Below, one piece after another: positions 30,362-39,655 of a stretch of DNA of 64,000 nucleotides. The stretch is from an uncultured Methanomicrobiaceae archaeon (GTDB taxonomy: Archaea; Halobacteriota; Methanomicrobia; Methanomicrobiales; Methanoculleaceae): the NCBI GenBank assembly GCA_963826525.1, contig CAWGXH010000004.1:832001-896000 (forward strand). Direction: 5' to 3'. The notes under the pieces are model-generated. The model did no database searches and was not told the DNA's origin. It saw only the letters and a program-made list of their open reading frames with translations. The position numbers and the translations under genes are program-made. Numbering within the stretch: the stretch's first letter is position 1; every line of letters begins with the position of its first letter.

Positions 30362-31372
30362 CTATCTGGCGCTTTCATCAGCCCGCCGGAGGAATTTCCT
30401 GACCGTTTCGAGGTACTCCTCGCTCTTCTCAAGGTGGTGCTCGTGCGAAGCGCCTTCAAAGATCGCGACCTCGGCATTCGGGACGAGGCTCGCATAATAG
30501 GCGGTCGTCTTCGGCGATGCCTCGTCGAACTCCCCGCAGGTGAAGAGCACCGGGACGGCGATCCGGCCGAGCCGTGCCGTACAGTCGTACTCCCGGAGCG
30601 TCCCGGTCACCGTAAACTCGCTCGGTCCCCACATCTGCTCGTAGACGGGGTGGCCGAGTTTCTCGAACGACCGGTTCAGGCAGTCTGGCCAGGGTTCCAT
30701 CCTGCAGACGTGCCGGTTGTAGAAGAGCGACATCGCCTCCTGGTACTCCGGGGACGAGAAGTTCCCCGACGCCTCGCTCTCCCTGATGGCTGCTCGGGCA
30801 CTCTCCGGCAGATCGGAAATGTACTCCTGCTGGTCTTCCGCCCAGCGGGCTGCGCTGAGGCAGGGGCCTGACATTACAAGGCTCCGGACGCCTTCCTGGC
30901 CGCCCGCAAGGACGTACTCCGCAACGAGCGCTGTTCCCCAGGACTGCCCGAGGATATGCACCTCGTCTAAACCAAGCGCCTCGCGGACCGCTGCAACCTC
31001 TGCGACGGAGCGGTTCACCGTCCAGAGGGACGGATCGTCCGGGCGGTCGGCGTTGCCGCCGCCGAGCTGGTCGTAGAAGATGACCGGCCGCTCGTCGGCG
31101 AGGGCTTCGAGCGGTTCGAGGTAGTCGGAGGAGGCTCCTGGCCCGCCGTGGAGCATCAGCAGCGGCGTGCCCTTCGCACCGCTGCCGACGATTCGGTACC
31201 AGACATTCCCGCCGGGAACCGGGATGACCCCCCCACGAACTCCGGGTATATTCTCTCTTTTCTGCGATTCATCTCCTCTGGAGCCGGTCGTCAGGATAAC
31301 GGCTCCGGCGAGCAGCAGGCAGATGCCGCATACACCTATCAGAAGTATCACACTCGATGAATGGTTTGCCAT
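30362..31372 (-). CDS. proline iminopeptidase family (S33) with N-terminal membrane anchor or signal
   Basis: HGGPG, YDQLG, GQSWG nucleophile, MWGPSEF, GEFDE, ASHEHH. Confidence 0.9.
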   Translation of the reverse strand: MANHSSSVILLIGVCGICLLLAGAVILTTGSRGDESQKRENIPGVRGGVIPVPGGNVWYRIVGSGAKGTPLLMLHGGPGASSDYLEPLEALADERPVIFYDQLGGGNADRPDDPSLWTVNRSVAEVAAVREALGLDEVHILGQSWGTALVAEYVLAGGQEGVRSLVMSGPCLSAARWAEDQQEYISDLPESARAAIRESEASGNFSSPEYQEAMSLFYNRHVCRMEPWPDCLNRSFEKLGHPVYEQMWGPSEFTVTGTLREYDCTARLGRIAVPVLFTCGEFDEASPKTTAYYASLVPNAEVAIFEGASHEHHLEKSEEYLETVRKFLRRADESAR

Positions 31373-31517
31373 GGGTTTGGCCTCTCCGCCCGGCGCCTGC
31401 TGGTCATATGCCGGCTGCGGGCTGATTCCTGAGAAGGAGTGGTCAGGCGGCGGAGAAAAAGGATTCGTTCCGGAGCGTGCGGCTTCTGGAGTGTTTCCGG
31501 AAAAAGGAGGTGATCCG

Positions 31518-32772
31518 TTATCGGGGAGGAGCTGCTGCGAGTTCTATCCGCGCCCGCCGCGACATCTCCTGTTTCACCCGCCGGATATTCTCGGCCTGAT
31601 CAAGTTTTGCCATATCGCCGCCCACCTGCTGTACCGTGTGCACCACGATCTCGCTCGGCACGCCTCCCGCGTTGACTGCACGCTGGTAGCCGAAGGTCGC
31701 CCAGTCGTCGGGAAGGTCGCTGAGCCGCTCGAAGATCATGTTGTGCGGCATGAGATCGATCTGCTTCTCGACGATCCGGTTGACGTAGTCCTTGTTTGAT
31801 TCAAAGACGATCAGCGGCTCGACGACGTCGGTCTGCATGACCTCCCGCATGTCGCGCTTCTCGTACTTCTGCAGGAGATCGTTGCAGATGGAGAAGTGCG
31901 TGATCTCCATCTTCGCGAACTGCTCCCAGATCTGCTTGATCCGTGAGTCCGTCTCAGTTTGAGCGCAGGAGTAGTAGTTATAGGCTTCGCAGAGCTGGAT
32001 GAGCGCCAGCTTCTCGAGCATCGTCTCGCGCGGGTCACCGAGCAGGCCGGTACTGGGTCACGTGCTGCTCCTCGATCTCCGCGATCTCAGCATAGAGTTT
32101 GCGGGCAAGGTCTTCGGGATACATATACCCGTGTGATTTGTAGAAGAGCTCGGTCTGCTGCTCGCCCGAGACGATGGTGATGTAGTTCATCTTCGTCTTG
32201 ATGTCTGCCGAATTCTTGTCGTAGTGCTTGCGCATGGAATCGTCGGGGTGGCGGTGCTCAATGCTCGTCGGCCTGCCCGGTTTCGCCTCGGTTTTGCCCT
32301 GCGTGATCGAGTCGGGGTCGTTTCCCTCGAGGATCTCGAGCAGGCAGCCGTAGCGGTAGAGATGATCGAAGTCCTCAATCAGGGCAAAGTCGAGAACCGA
32401 CTTGACGTACGGGTCGGGCTCGTTCTTCGCAAGGTTGGCAGTGAGGTCGACCGCCACCTGCTCGTAGCCGATCGTCGTCTCGAGCACGGACTGATCGGCC
32501 GGGTTGAGCCAGTTCACCGTCTGCTGCTGCTGCGAATCGGCACGCCGAATGAGAGCAAGTTTTCGCCTAATCTCGGGCTCCTCGATCATCCGCTCCATGG
32601 CGTGCGAGGTCAGCACGGCGTTGTTCTCGATCCCGTTCATGAGGATGACCCGCGTTCTGGTGTAGGCGTCGACTGACTGCTTGTCGTACGGGTCTTTGAC
32701 CATCTCGTTCCAGCTCATGAACTGCTCTTCCATTGGCATTCCGTCCATCTCAAAAGGTTTGAACTGAGCCAT
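31518..32772 (-). CDS. uncharacterised ferritin-like protein (about 417 aa; frameshift near 32048)
   Basis: Joined ORFs; repeated carboxylate/His motifs EDFDH, EEQH, EITH; GGAGG RBS before MAQFKPF. Confidence 0.75.
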
Positions 32773-33125
32773 ACTCTTTTTCCCTCCTGGGCATCCCGGT
32801 TCGCCGGATCGCATCGCGGCGGGTGGAGCGGTGAGGATGGGTGATCCCGGCACACACTCCGAAACCTCCGGGGCCTGCCCCCATGCCTGCCAGTGCTGAT
32901 AAAGTGTTCCCTCCGGGATCGGATAAGGTAGATAAACGGCAGAAATCCGATTGCGCCCTCTGCTCATCCCTGAGAGCCGGATGCCGGGGGTGGCCACTCC
33001 CCCTATGCAAGTTGTACACCGTAGGAGCGTGATTCTATGTGGGTTCTTCAAAAATGAGGTGGAGATACAGCGTGTACTGAAGGCGGCTCGGTACGGTTTT
33101 TATCGCCGGAACTCCGGCAGCTCGC

Positions 33126-33335
33126 TTACAGTCCGATCAGGCGCAGGCATGTCCCGAAGGTTAGCCCCGACATTGCCATGGTGGCGGAGAGGGCTGCAAG
33201 CGTCACACAGTTGAGCAGGGGACCGATGGCGATAGAGGTATACGTCGGGTTGAGGTGCAGGCGTCGCACCGCCCGCACCGGCGTTGCGGTCGGCGAGATG
33301 GCTGGCCGGTACCGTTTGATCTTTACCATACTCAT
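33126..33335 (-). CDS. small hypothetical protein (69 aa)
   Basis: GGGGTGA RBS before ATG 33335; basic N-terminus, hydrophobic C-terminus. Confidence 0.4.
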   Translation of the reverse strand: MSMVKIKRYRPAISPTATPVRAVRRLHLNPTYTSIAIGPLLNCVTLAALSATMAMSGLTFGTCLRLIGL

Positions 33336-33606
33336 TTCACCCCGTGTGGTCTTCTCATCAGGAGTGCACCTGATGGTATACGGGTTTTCTCTCCGTCCGG
33401 ATATATATGGGTTTGCATTATCCGGCCCTGCTGGATAATGCCTGGCGAACTGAAATGCGAACGGAAGCACGACGCAGATGGAGAGTCTGTTCTCCCTGCA
33501 GATCGATCACGATACGGTTCCCGGGTATGCGGGGTTGCCGCGGATGCGATACCTTTATCAATAGCAAAAGACGCCCGTATATGATGGCAATCAGGAAGCC
33601 CCGCAC

Positions 33607-33780
33607 ATGAACCGGTTGTTACGTACACTCATCTACGGGGCCGTAGCTCTCGCCGTCTACTCAGGGATCAGCTTCTGGCTCTCCGGGCGGGTAAACTGGG
33701 TGCTGGCCGCCGGGACCGCAGTCGGCATCATGCTGGCATCCTATTTCGTCGTCCGGGATCCGGAGGCCCGATCCCCCTAA
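33607..33780 (+). CDS. small two-TM membrane protein (57 aa)
   Basis: MNRLLRTLIYGAVALAVYSGISFWLSGRVNWVLAAGTAVGIMLASYFVVRDPEARSP. Confidence 0.6.
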   Translation: MNRLLRTLIYGAVALAVYSGISFWLSGRVNWVLAAGTAVGIMLASYFVVRDPEARSP

Positions 33781-33872
33781 ACCGCCAGGCGGGGGTCGCC
33801 CGGAGATCCCGGGATTGCGGAGAAAGGCTTTCCGGAGCGGCGGACGATCTTCGGGGGAGGAGGGATGAACGG

Positions 33873-35174
33873 GTGCTCGGCAATGTGAAGGCGGAATGGG
33901 ACAGGCTCCGGACGGTCGTCGTGCATCGGCCGGGAATCGAGATGTTCTTCGGACTGCTGGAGCCGCACGATGCCCTCTACGAACGGGCGTTTAGCCGGTA
34001 CGAAGCACGGCGCGAGCATGAGCAGATGGAGTACATCCTCAAACGAGAGCTCGGCGTCACCGTCATGCGGCTAAAGGAGACCCTCCTTGCCGCTGCCGAT
34101 AGGAACCCGGAGTTCCGCAAAAAACTCGTCGATCAGGCATATGAGACCGTCACCTTCTCCGGGAGCCGGGAGGACCTTGCGGCTGCACGAGAGACGTACT
34201 ACCGGAATGCCGATGCCCTTGACGCACAGCACTTCTTCACCCTTCTCCTCATGCACCCGCTCATCGAACTTGGATCAGACGGAGGAGGGGGTGGTATCCG
34301 TCTGGACGAGATGGGGCGCCAGCCGCTTGCGAACCTCTATTTCATGAGGGACCAGCAGGTAGTGACGCCCCGCGGCCTGGTCACATCAAGGATGGCAAAG
34401 CCGCAGCGCCAGCGCGAACCCATGATTACGAAACTCCTCTGGGAAGTCCTCGGCCTTCCCGTCCTCACCGCGATCCGGCCGCCCGGAACCTTCGAAGGCG
34501 GGGATTTCATGCCGATGAATGAGTTTGCGCTCATCGGGCTCGGCAACCGGACAGATCGCGCAGGAATCTCGCAGTTTCTCGCCGCCGATCCCGGGTTCGA
34601 CGAGGTCGCCGTCGTTCACCAACCCGCACACCCGCTTATCCCGAGCGATCGCCCCGACCCTATGATCACGATGCACCTTGACACCTACTTCAATGTCGCC
34701 TCGAGCAGTGTGGTCATCGGGTCGGAACCGCTGCTGAAGAGGGCGAGCGTGGAGGTATGCCACCGCACAGGTCCCGGAACATACGAGTGCATGGGTCCGG
34801 CGACCGACCTTGCCGCCTACATTCGGGAGAAGGGATTTACCGTCATCGACCTTTCGACGCTCGAGCAGCTCTCCTACGCACCGAACGTCCTCTGTATCCG
34901 TGACGGGATCATCCTCACTGTCGAAGGGGAGCGTATCATGAAGACAGTCCTTGAAAACCTCGCGGAAAAAGCATCCGCCGATCCGCTCCGCTATGGGGCA
35001 CTCCTATCAGAGGCTATGGCCGATTACCGGCATATCCGGAGCGAGGGGCAGTTCTTCCCCCATAAGAAGGAGTTCTACGAGCACGACATCGAGATCTACC
35101 CGCTGAAGCTCGAGAATCTGACCGGTGGTTACGGGGGGCCGCACTGCATGACCTCCGTCCTCGAGAGGCGGTGA
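33873..35174 (+). CDS. arcA: arginine deiminase
   Basis: AEWDRLRTVVVHRPG, NLYFMRD, FEGGD, MHLDT, GYGGPHCMT (catalytic Cys). Confidence 0.85.
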   Translation: MLGNVKAEWDRLRTVVVHRPGIEMFFGLLEPHDALYERAFSRYEARREHEQMEYILKRELGVTVMRLKETLLAAADRNPEFRKKLVDQAYETVTFSGSREDLAAARETYYRNADALDAQHFFTLLLMHPLIELGSDGGGGGIRLDEMGRQPLANLYFMRDQQVVTPRGLVTSRMAKPQRQREPMITKLLWEVLGLPVLTAIRPPGTFEGGDFMPMNEFALIGLGNRTDRAGISQFLAADPGFDEVAVVHQPAHPLIPSDRPDPMITMHLDTYFNVASSSVVIGSEPLLKRASVEVCHRTGPGTYECMGPATDLAAYIREKGFTVIDLSTLEQLSYAPNVLCIRDGIILTVEGERIMKTVLENLAEKASADPLRYGALLSEAMADYRHIRSEGQFFPHKKEFYEHDIEIYPLKLENLTGGYGGPHCMTSVLERR

Positions 35175-35177
35175 TGC

Positions 35178-36119
35178 ATGATGGAAAAATGCGTCCTCAT
35201 CGCACTCGGCGGCAACGCCATCCTGCGGCACCAGGATACCGGCACGGCAGAAGAACAGTTTGCCACCGTCCGGCGGACGTGCCGGCAGATCCGGGAGATC
35301 ATCGAGGACGGCTATACCGTCGCCATCACTCACGGCAACGGCCCGCAGGTCGGCGACATCCTGCTGAAGAACGAGCTTGCACGGGATACGCTCCCGCCGA
35401 TGCCGCTTGATATCTGCGGTGCCGAGAGCCAGGGAATGATCGGTTATATGCTCCAGCAGTCGATGGATCGGGAACTGGCAGAAGCAGGGCTTCGCATACC
35501 GGTCGTCACCGTGCTCTCTCAGACACTCGTCCGCCGGGATGATCCGGCGTTTAACAACCCTGCAAAGCCGATAGGGCCGTACTACACGGCGATGCAGGCA
35601 TCGCGGCTTTCGGAGGAGAAGGGATGGCGGATGGCGAACGAACCGGGGCGTGGGTATCGCCGGGTGGTTCCCTCACCCGAACCGGTCGCCCTCGTCGAAG
35701 CCGGTGCCATAAAGACGCTCGTTCGCCTCGGAACGATCGTCATCGCCTGCGGAGGGGGAGGCGTTCCGGTGGTCGTCGGCGATGCGGGTCTCCGGGGGGT
35801 GGAGGCGGTCGTGGACAAAGACCATACGGCAGCGCTCTTCGCTGCGCTTATCGACGCGGACGACCTGCTGATTCTGACCGACGTGGAGAAGGTAGCACGG
35901 AACTTCGGCAGACCCGATCAGGTCGACCTCGACACCCTGACAGTTGCCGGGGCGAAGGAATATCTCAACGGAGGGGAGTTTCCGCCGGGAACGATGGGGC
36001 CGAAGATCGAGGCGGCGATCCGCTTTGTCGAGTCGGGGGGAGAGCGGACGATCATCACTTCCCTTCCCCGCGCGCGTGACGCGCTTGCCGGCCTTGCGGG
36101 AACAACCGTCTCGAGGTGA
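35178..36119 (+). CDS. arcC: carbamate kinase
   Basis: ALGGNA, THGNGPQVG, AESQGMIGY, KPIGP, RRVVPSP, GGGGVPV, EAVVDKD, GTMGPKIEAA. Confidence 0.95.
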   Translation: MMEKCVLIALGGNAILRHQDTGTAEEQFATVRRTCRQIREIIEDGYTVAITHGNGPQVGDILLKNELARDTLPPMPLDICGAESQGMIGYMLQQSMDRELAEAGLRIPVVTVLSQTLVRRDDPAFNNPAKPIGPYYTAMQASRLSEEKGWRMANEPGRGYRRVVPSPEPVALVEAGAIKTLVRLGTIVIACGGGGVPVVVGDAGLRGVEAVVDKDHTAALFAALIDADDLLILTDVEKVARNFGRPDQVDLDTLTVAGAKEYLNGGEFPPGTMGPKIEAAIRFVESGGERTIITSLPRARDALAGLAGTTVSR

Positions 36120-36222
36120 TGTATTTTTTGATCTCGCCGGTTTTAAGCAGATATTTCTCTGCTGCCGGGAGAGCGAACTTTTATCTCTACGACCCCCTAT
36201 ACCGCCCCTCCGGTGAGAGATT

Positions 36223-36573
36223 ATGGCAGAGGTATACGGTAACTTCTGGACGGGTGTAGTGGTAGGCTGGATTGTAATGGTCATTCTCGGGGCTCTGCTC
36301 CCGGTACTCGGCCCGATAATCGGCGGATTTGTAGCCGGTTGGATCGCCAGGGGCGGAACAGGAGGGGGCGCGAAGGCCGGGGCGGTCGCAGGCATCTTCG
36401 GTGCCATCGTCATTGCCGTCATCCTGATCGTCTTCGGCACTGCCCTGCTCGGAGGAATCGGATTCCTTGCAGGTCTCGGGACGTCCATCGTGGTCATCAT
36501 CTCGACGTTCCTGTACTTCGGCATCCTCGGCCTTATCGGCGGCGCCATTGCGGGAGCGGTACGGACGACCTGA
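36223..36573 (+). CDS. Gly-rich membrane protein (DUF5518-like)
   Basis: PVLGPIIGGFVAG, GAKAGAVAG, LGLIGGAIAG. Confidence 0.75.
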   Translation: MAEVYGNFWTGVVVGWIVMVILGALLPVLGPIIGGFVAGWIARGGTGGGAKAGAVAGIFGAIVIAVILIVFGTALLGGIGFLAGLGTSIVVIISTFLYFGILGLIGGAIAGAVRTT

Positions 36574-36772
36574 TCCCGGTCAGATCCTTCGCGCAGAGAT
36601 TGACGGATGGTGCGGATCTATCGTCCGCACCGTCTATTATACGGTTTTAAAGGTCATCTTCGCGCAGGATCTCATCTTCTCCGCAACTGGCCAAACCCTC
36701 GGGGGGCGCCTGCGGAGCGCTGAGAGCACGATGCTCCGGCTCTCCCTCCGGAGGCGGTGAGCCCCGCTCCCT

Positions 36773-37973
36773 TCAGGCGGCGAAACCTGCACCTCGCTGC
36801 ATTCTGCACATCCAGATATACGCGATAACGGCCACGACCTCGACGAACAGGACGTAGGTGACGATGTGGGCGACAGAGATCTCGTAGAGGACGCCCATCA
36901 CGACGCTGCCCATGAACCATGCCGTGCCGAAGACTGCGTTCAGGATACTCGTATGCCTGACCCCGCCGGTCTACGTGGTGACGTCTGCAATCGTCGCCCT
37001 GATGGCTGGCTTGTAGATCCCGATCCCCAGATCAGCGCCCCTGCAAGAACGAAGCCGATGCCGGGCGCGAAGGCCAGGATCGCGGTGAATATGCTGATCA
37101 TAGGGATGACGATCAGCGTCCGCGCCCCGAAGCGGTCGTAGACTCTTCCGGTGGCGAGTGCGACGATAACCGAGACGACCATCGCAACTGCATACAGGAG
37201 AGGTATCCCGGCGTCGGGGAAGATGGCCTCTGTCTTCAGGTGGTATGATATGAGGGGGAAGTTTGCAAACCCGGCCATGCCGAGGAAGATGAAGGTCGCA
37301 TACGGGAGAAGGTCGGGGAGATCGCCTCCCGTGCTCCCGGGTGCAGGAGGGGTGCGGCTCGTTTCGAGGCGCCGGGGTTTCGGAACTGCCGCCTGTGCGG
37401 CAACGAGGGTGATGAACAGGAAGACCAGCGGGACGCCGAGGATAAGAAATCCCTGCCCGTAGCCTCCGGTCAGGTAGACGGCGGCCGCCAGGGTTATGGG
37501 GCCGATGATCGCCCCGATCTGATCGAGGGCTTTGTGCACGCCGAATCCCCACCCGCGCCCTATCACTGTCGTGGCATGCGAGAGCATGGTATCCCGTGCC
37601 GGCGTCCGTATGGCCTTGCCGACCCGCTCGAGGATGATCAGCATGCAGCCTCCCAGTTCTCGACGAGAGCCAGAAGAGGGATTGCAATGAGCAGCCCGTA
37701 GCCGATAAGCGCCATCGTCCAGTAGTGGCGGCTCTGGTCGACGTACACTCCGGTTGCAAAACGGAGTGCATAGCCGACGAACTCTCCAAGCCCTGCGACG
37801 AGCCCGACGACGGCGGCACCGGCGCCAAGGAGATCGAGGTAGGTTCCGGTGGCGCTCCGGGCTCCGTTGGAGACAAGACTCCCGCAAAGGCTCACGACCC
37901 CGAGGAGAATGATGAGCCGAAATGATAGATCTTTGAGTGCTCCGGAAGACGGTCTCCTGCCGCCAGCCATCAC
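36773..37973 (-). CDS. MFS transporter, multiple frameshifts
   Basis: GARSATGTYL, ILERVGKAIRTPARD, GWGFGVHKALDQIGAIIGP, GRVYDRFG. Confidence 0.8.
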
Positions 37974-38160
37974 GCCCCTCCTTACGAAGTCTCTCTACTT
38001 GAGTGTATATGGCCGCCTACCGGGATGCAGCATGATACACCACACCGAATGCCTCGCCCCCTGCGCTGCCCGCCCTTTTATACGGGGAGAAGGCGTATCT
38101 AATCGCATCAAATAGAATGATCCTCTGCACGGGATCTGTTATCAGGGAGGAGGAGAGGTT

Positions 38161-39552
38161 ATGGATCAGTCCATGGCACCATCATATTCACGCACGCTCA
38201 TTCTTATTCTTGTCACCATCGCCACATTTCTAAACCCGTTCACCGGTTCTGCTATCAACCTCGCTCTCCCCGCCATCGGGTCGGAGTTTACCGTCGATGC
38301 GGCCACCCTTGCATGGGTATCGAGCTCGTATCTCCTCGCTTCCGTCATCTTTCTCCTGCCTGCTGGCCGCCTCGGGGACTCCCGGGGGCGGATCCGGGTC
38401 TTCCTCTTCGGAACCGTCGTCTACACGGCAGGCTCCCTGCTGACCCTGCTCACCGCATCGATAGAGATGCTCCTCGTCTTCCGGTTCCTGCAGGGAATTG
38501 GGGGCGCGATGATCTTCGCAAACAGTGTGGCGCTCATCACCCATCTCTACCCCCCCGGAGAGCGGGGATACGCCATCGGTATCAACGTGACGGCGGTCTA
38601 TGCAGGCCTCTCCCTCGGCCCGTTCCTCGGCGGCCTCTTCACCCAGTTTTTCGGGTGGCGGAGCATCTTTCTCGTCACTGCCGTGATGGCGATACCGGTG
38701 CTGCTCTACGCCGGAAAGTTCCCTGCCTTCTTGAACGAGCGACAGCACGCTCACTTCGACGTCCCCGGTCTGCTCCTCTCGTCGGTCTTCCTCTTCTGCT
38801 TCTTCATTGGGCTCACCCTGGCGACCACGGTCGCGGGGATGGTGCTCCTCGCCGTCTCGCTTGCCCTCGGCATCGCTTTCTATCTGGTCGAAAAACGGCA
38901 GCCTTCCCCGCTTCTCCCGATATCGATCCTCGAAGAGAACCGGGTCTTCGCCTTCTCGAATGCAGCTGCGCTGATAAACTACAGCGCCACTTTTGCGGTA
39001 GCCTTTCTCCTCTCGCTCTACCTCCAGTACATCCGGGGATTTGAGCCGGCGGCTGCGGGAGCGCTCCTCCTGATCCAGCCGGTCATACAGGTCTTCGTCG
39101 CCCCCGTCTCCGGCCGCCTCTCGGATCGGATGCTGCCGGGCTACGTCGCCTCGATAGGTCTTGCCGTCTCGGCCGTCGGTCTCTTCGGCCTCTCGCTGCT
39201 CACCCCGGAGACGCCGATCGAGGCGATCGCCGCCCTGCTCCTGATCGTCGGTATCGGCCTCGGTCTCTTCTCCTCTCCGAATACAAATGCCGTCATGAGT
39301 AGCGTGGAACCCCGCTCCTACGGCAGCGCATCCGCGATGGTGGCGACCATGCGGTCGTTCGGGATGATGGTGAGCATGGGAACGGTCATGGTGATCTTCG
39401 CCGTCATCATGGGCGGAACGACGGTAAGCCCCGAGATCTTCCCGGAGTTTCTGGCGAGCATGCAGGTGAGTTTCACTGTCTTCTTCGTCCTCACCGTCCT
39501 CGGTATCTTCCTCTCCCTTCAGCGGAACCGGACTGCCGCAGCCGAACCGTAA
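38161..39552 (+). CDS. MFS transporter (DHA2-like)
   Basis: INLALPAI, GRLGDSRGR, RFLQGIGG, GWRSIF, GRLSDR, FSSPNTNAVM. Confidence 0.92.
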   Translation: MDQSMAPSYSRTLILILVTIATFLNPFTGSAINLALPAIGSEFTVDAATLAWVSSSYLLASVIFLLPAGRLGDSRGRIRVFLFGTVVYTAGSLLTLLTASIEMLLVFRFLQGIGGAMIFANSVALITHLYPPGERGYAIGINVTAVYAGLSLGPFLGGLFTQFFGWRSIFLVTAVMAIPVLLYAGKFPAFLNERQHAHFDVPGLLLSSVFLFCFFIGLTLATTVAGMVLLAVSLALGIAFYLVEKRQPSPLLPISILEENRVFAFSNAAALINYSATFAVAFLLSLYLQYIRGFEPAAAGALLLIQPVIQVFVAPVSGRLSDRMLPGYVASIGLAVSAVGLFGLSLLTPETPIEAIAALLLIVGIGLGLFSSPNTNAVMSSVEPRSYGSASAMVATMRSFGMMVSMGTVMVIFAVIMGGTTVSPEIFPEFLASMQVSFTVFFVLTVLGIFLSLQRNRTAAAEP

Positions 39553-39655
39553 ATGAGGTTTCGTTGGTGTCGACGGGTGGAAGTGGCGTAAAATCGATAG
39601 CCCCCGGATGGTTACGCCGATCCAGGATGGGAACGGTTAAACCTCTGCGTGTCCT

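Noticed and set aside
36606-36634. 11-bp hairpin between convergent genes as an ncRNA
   Set aside because: A single isolated stem with no other support; at most a terminator or stability element.
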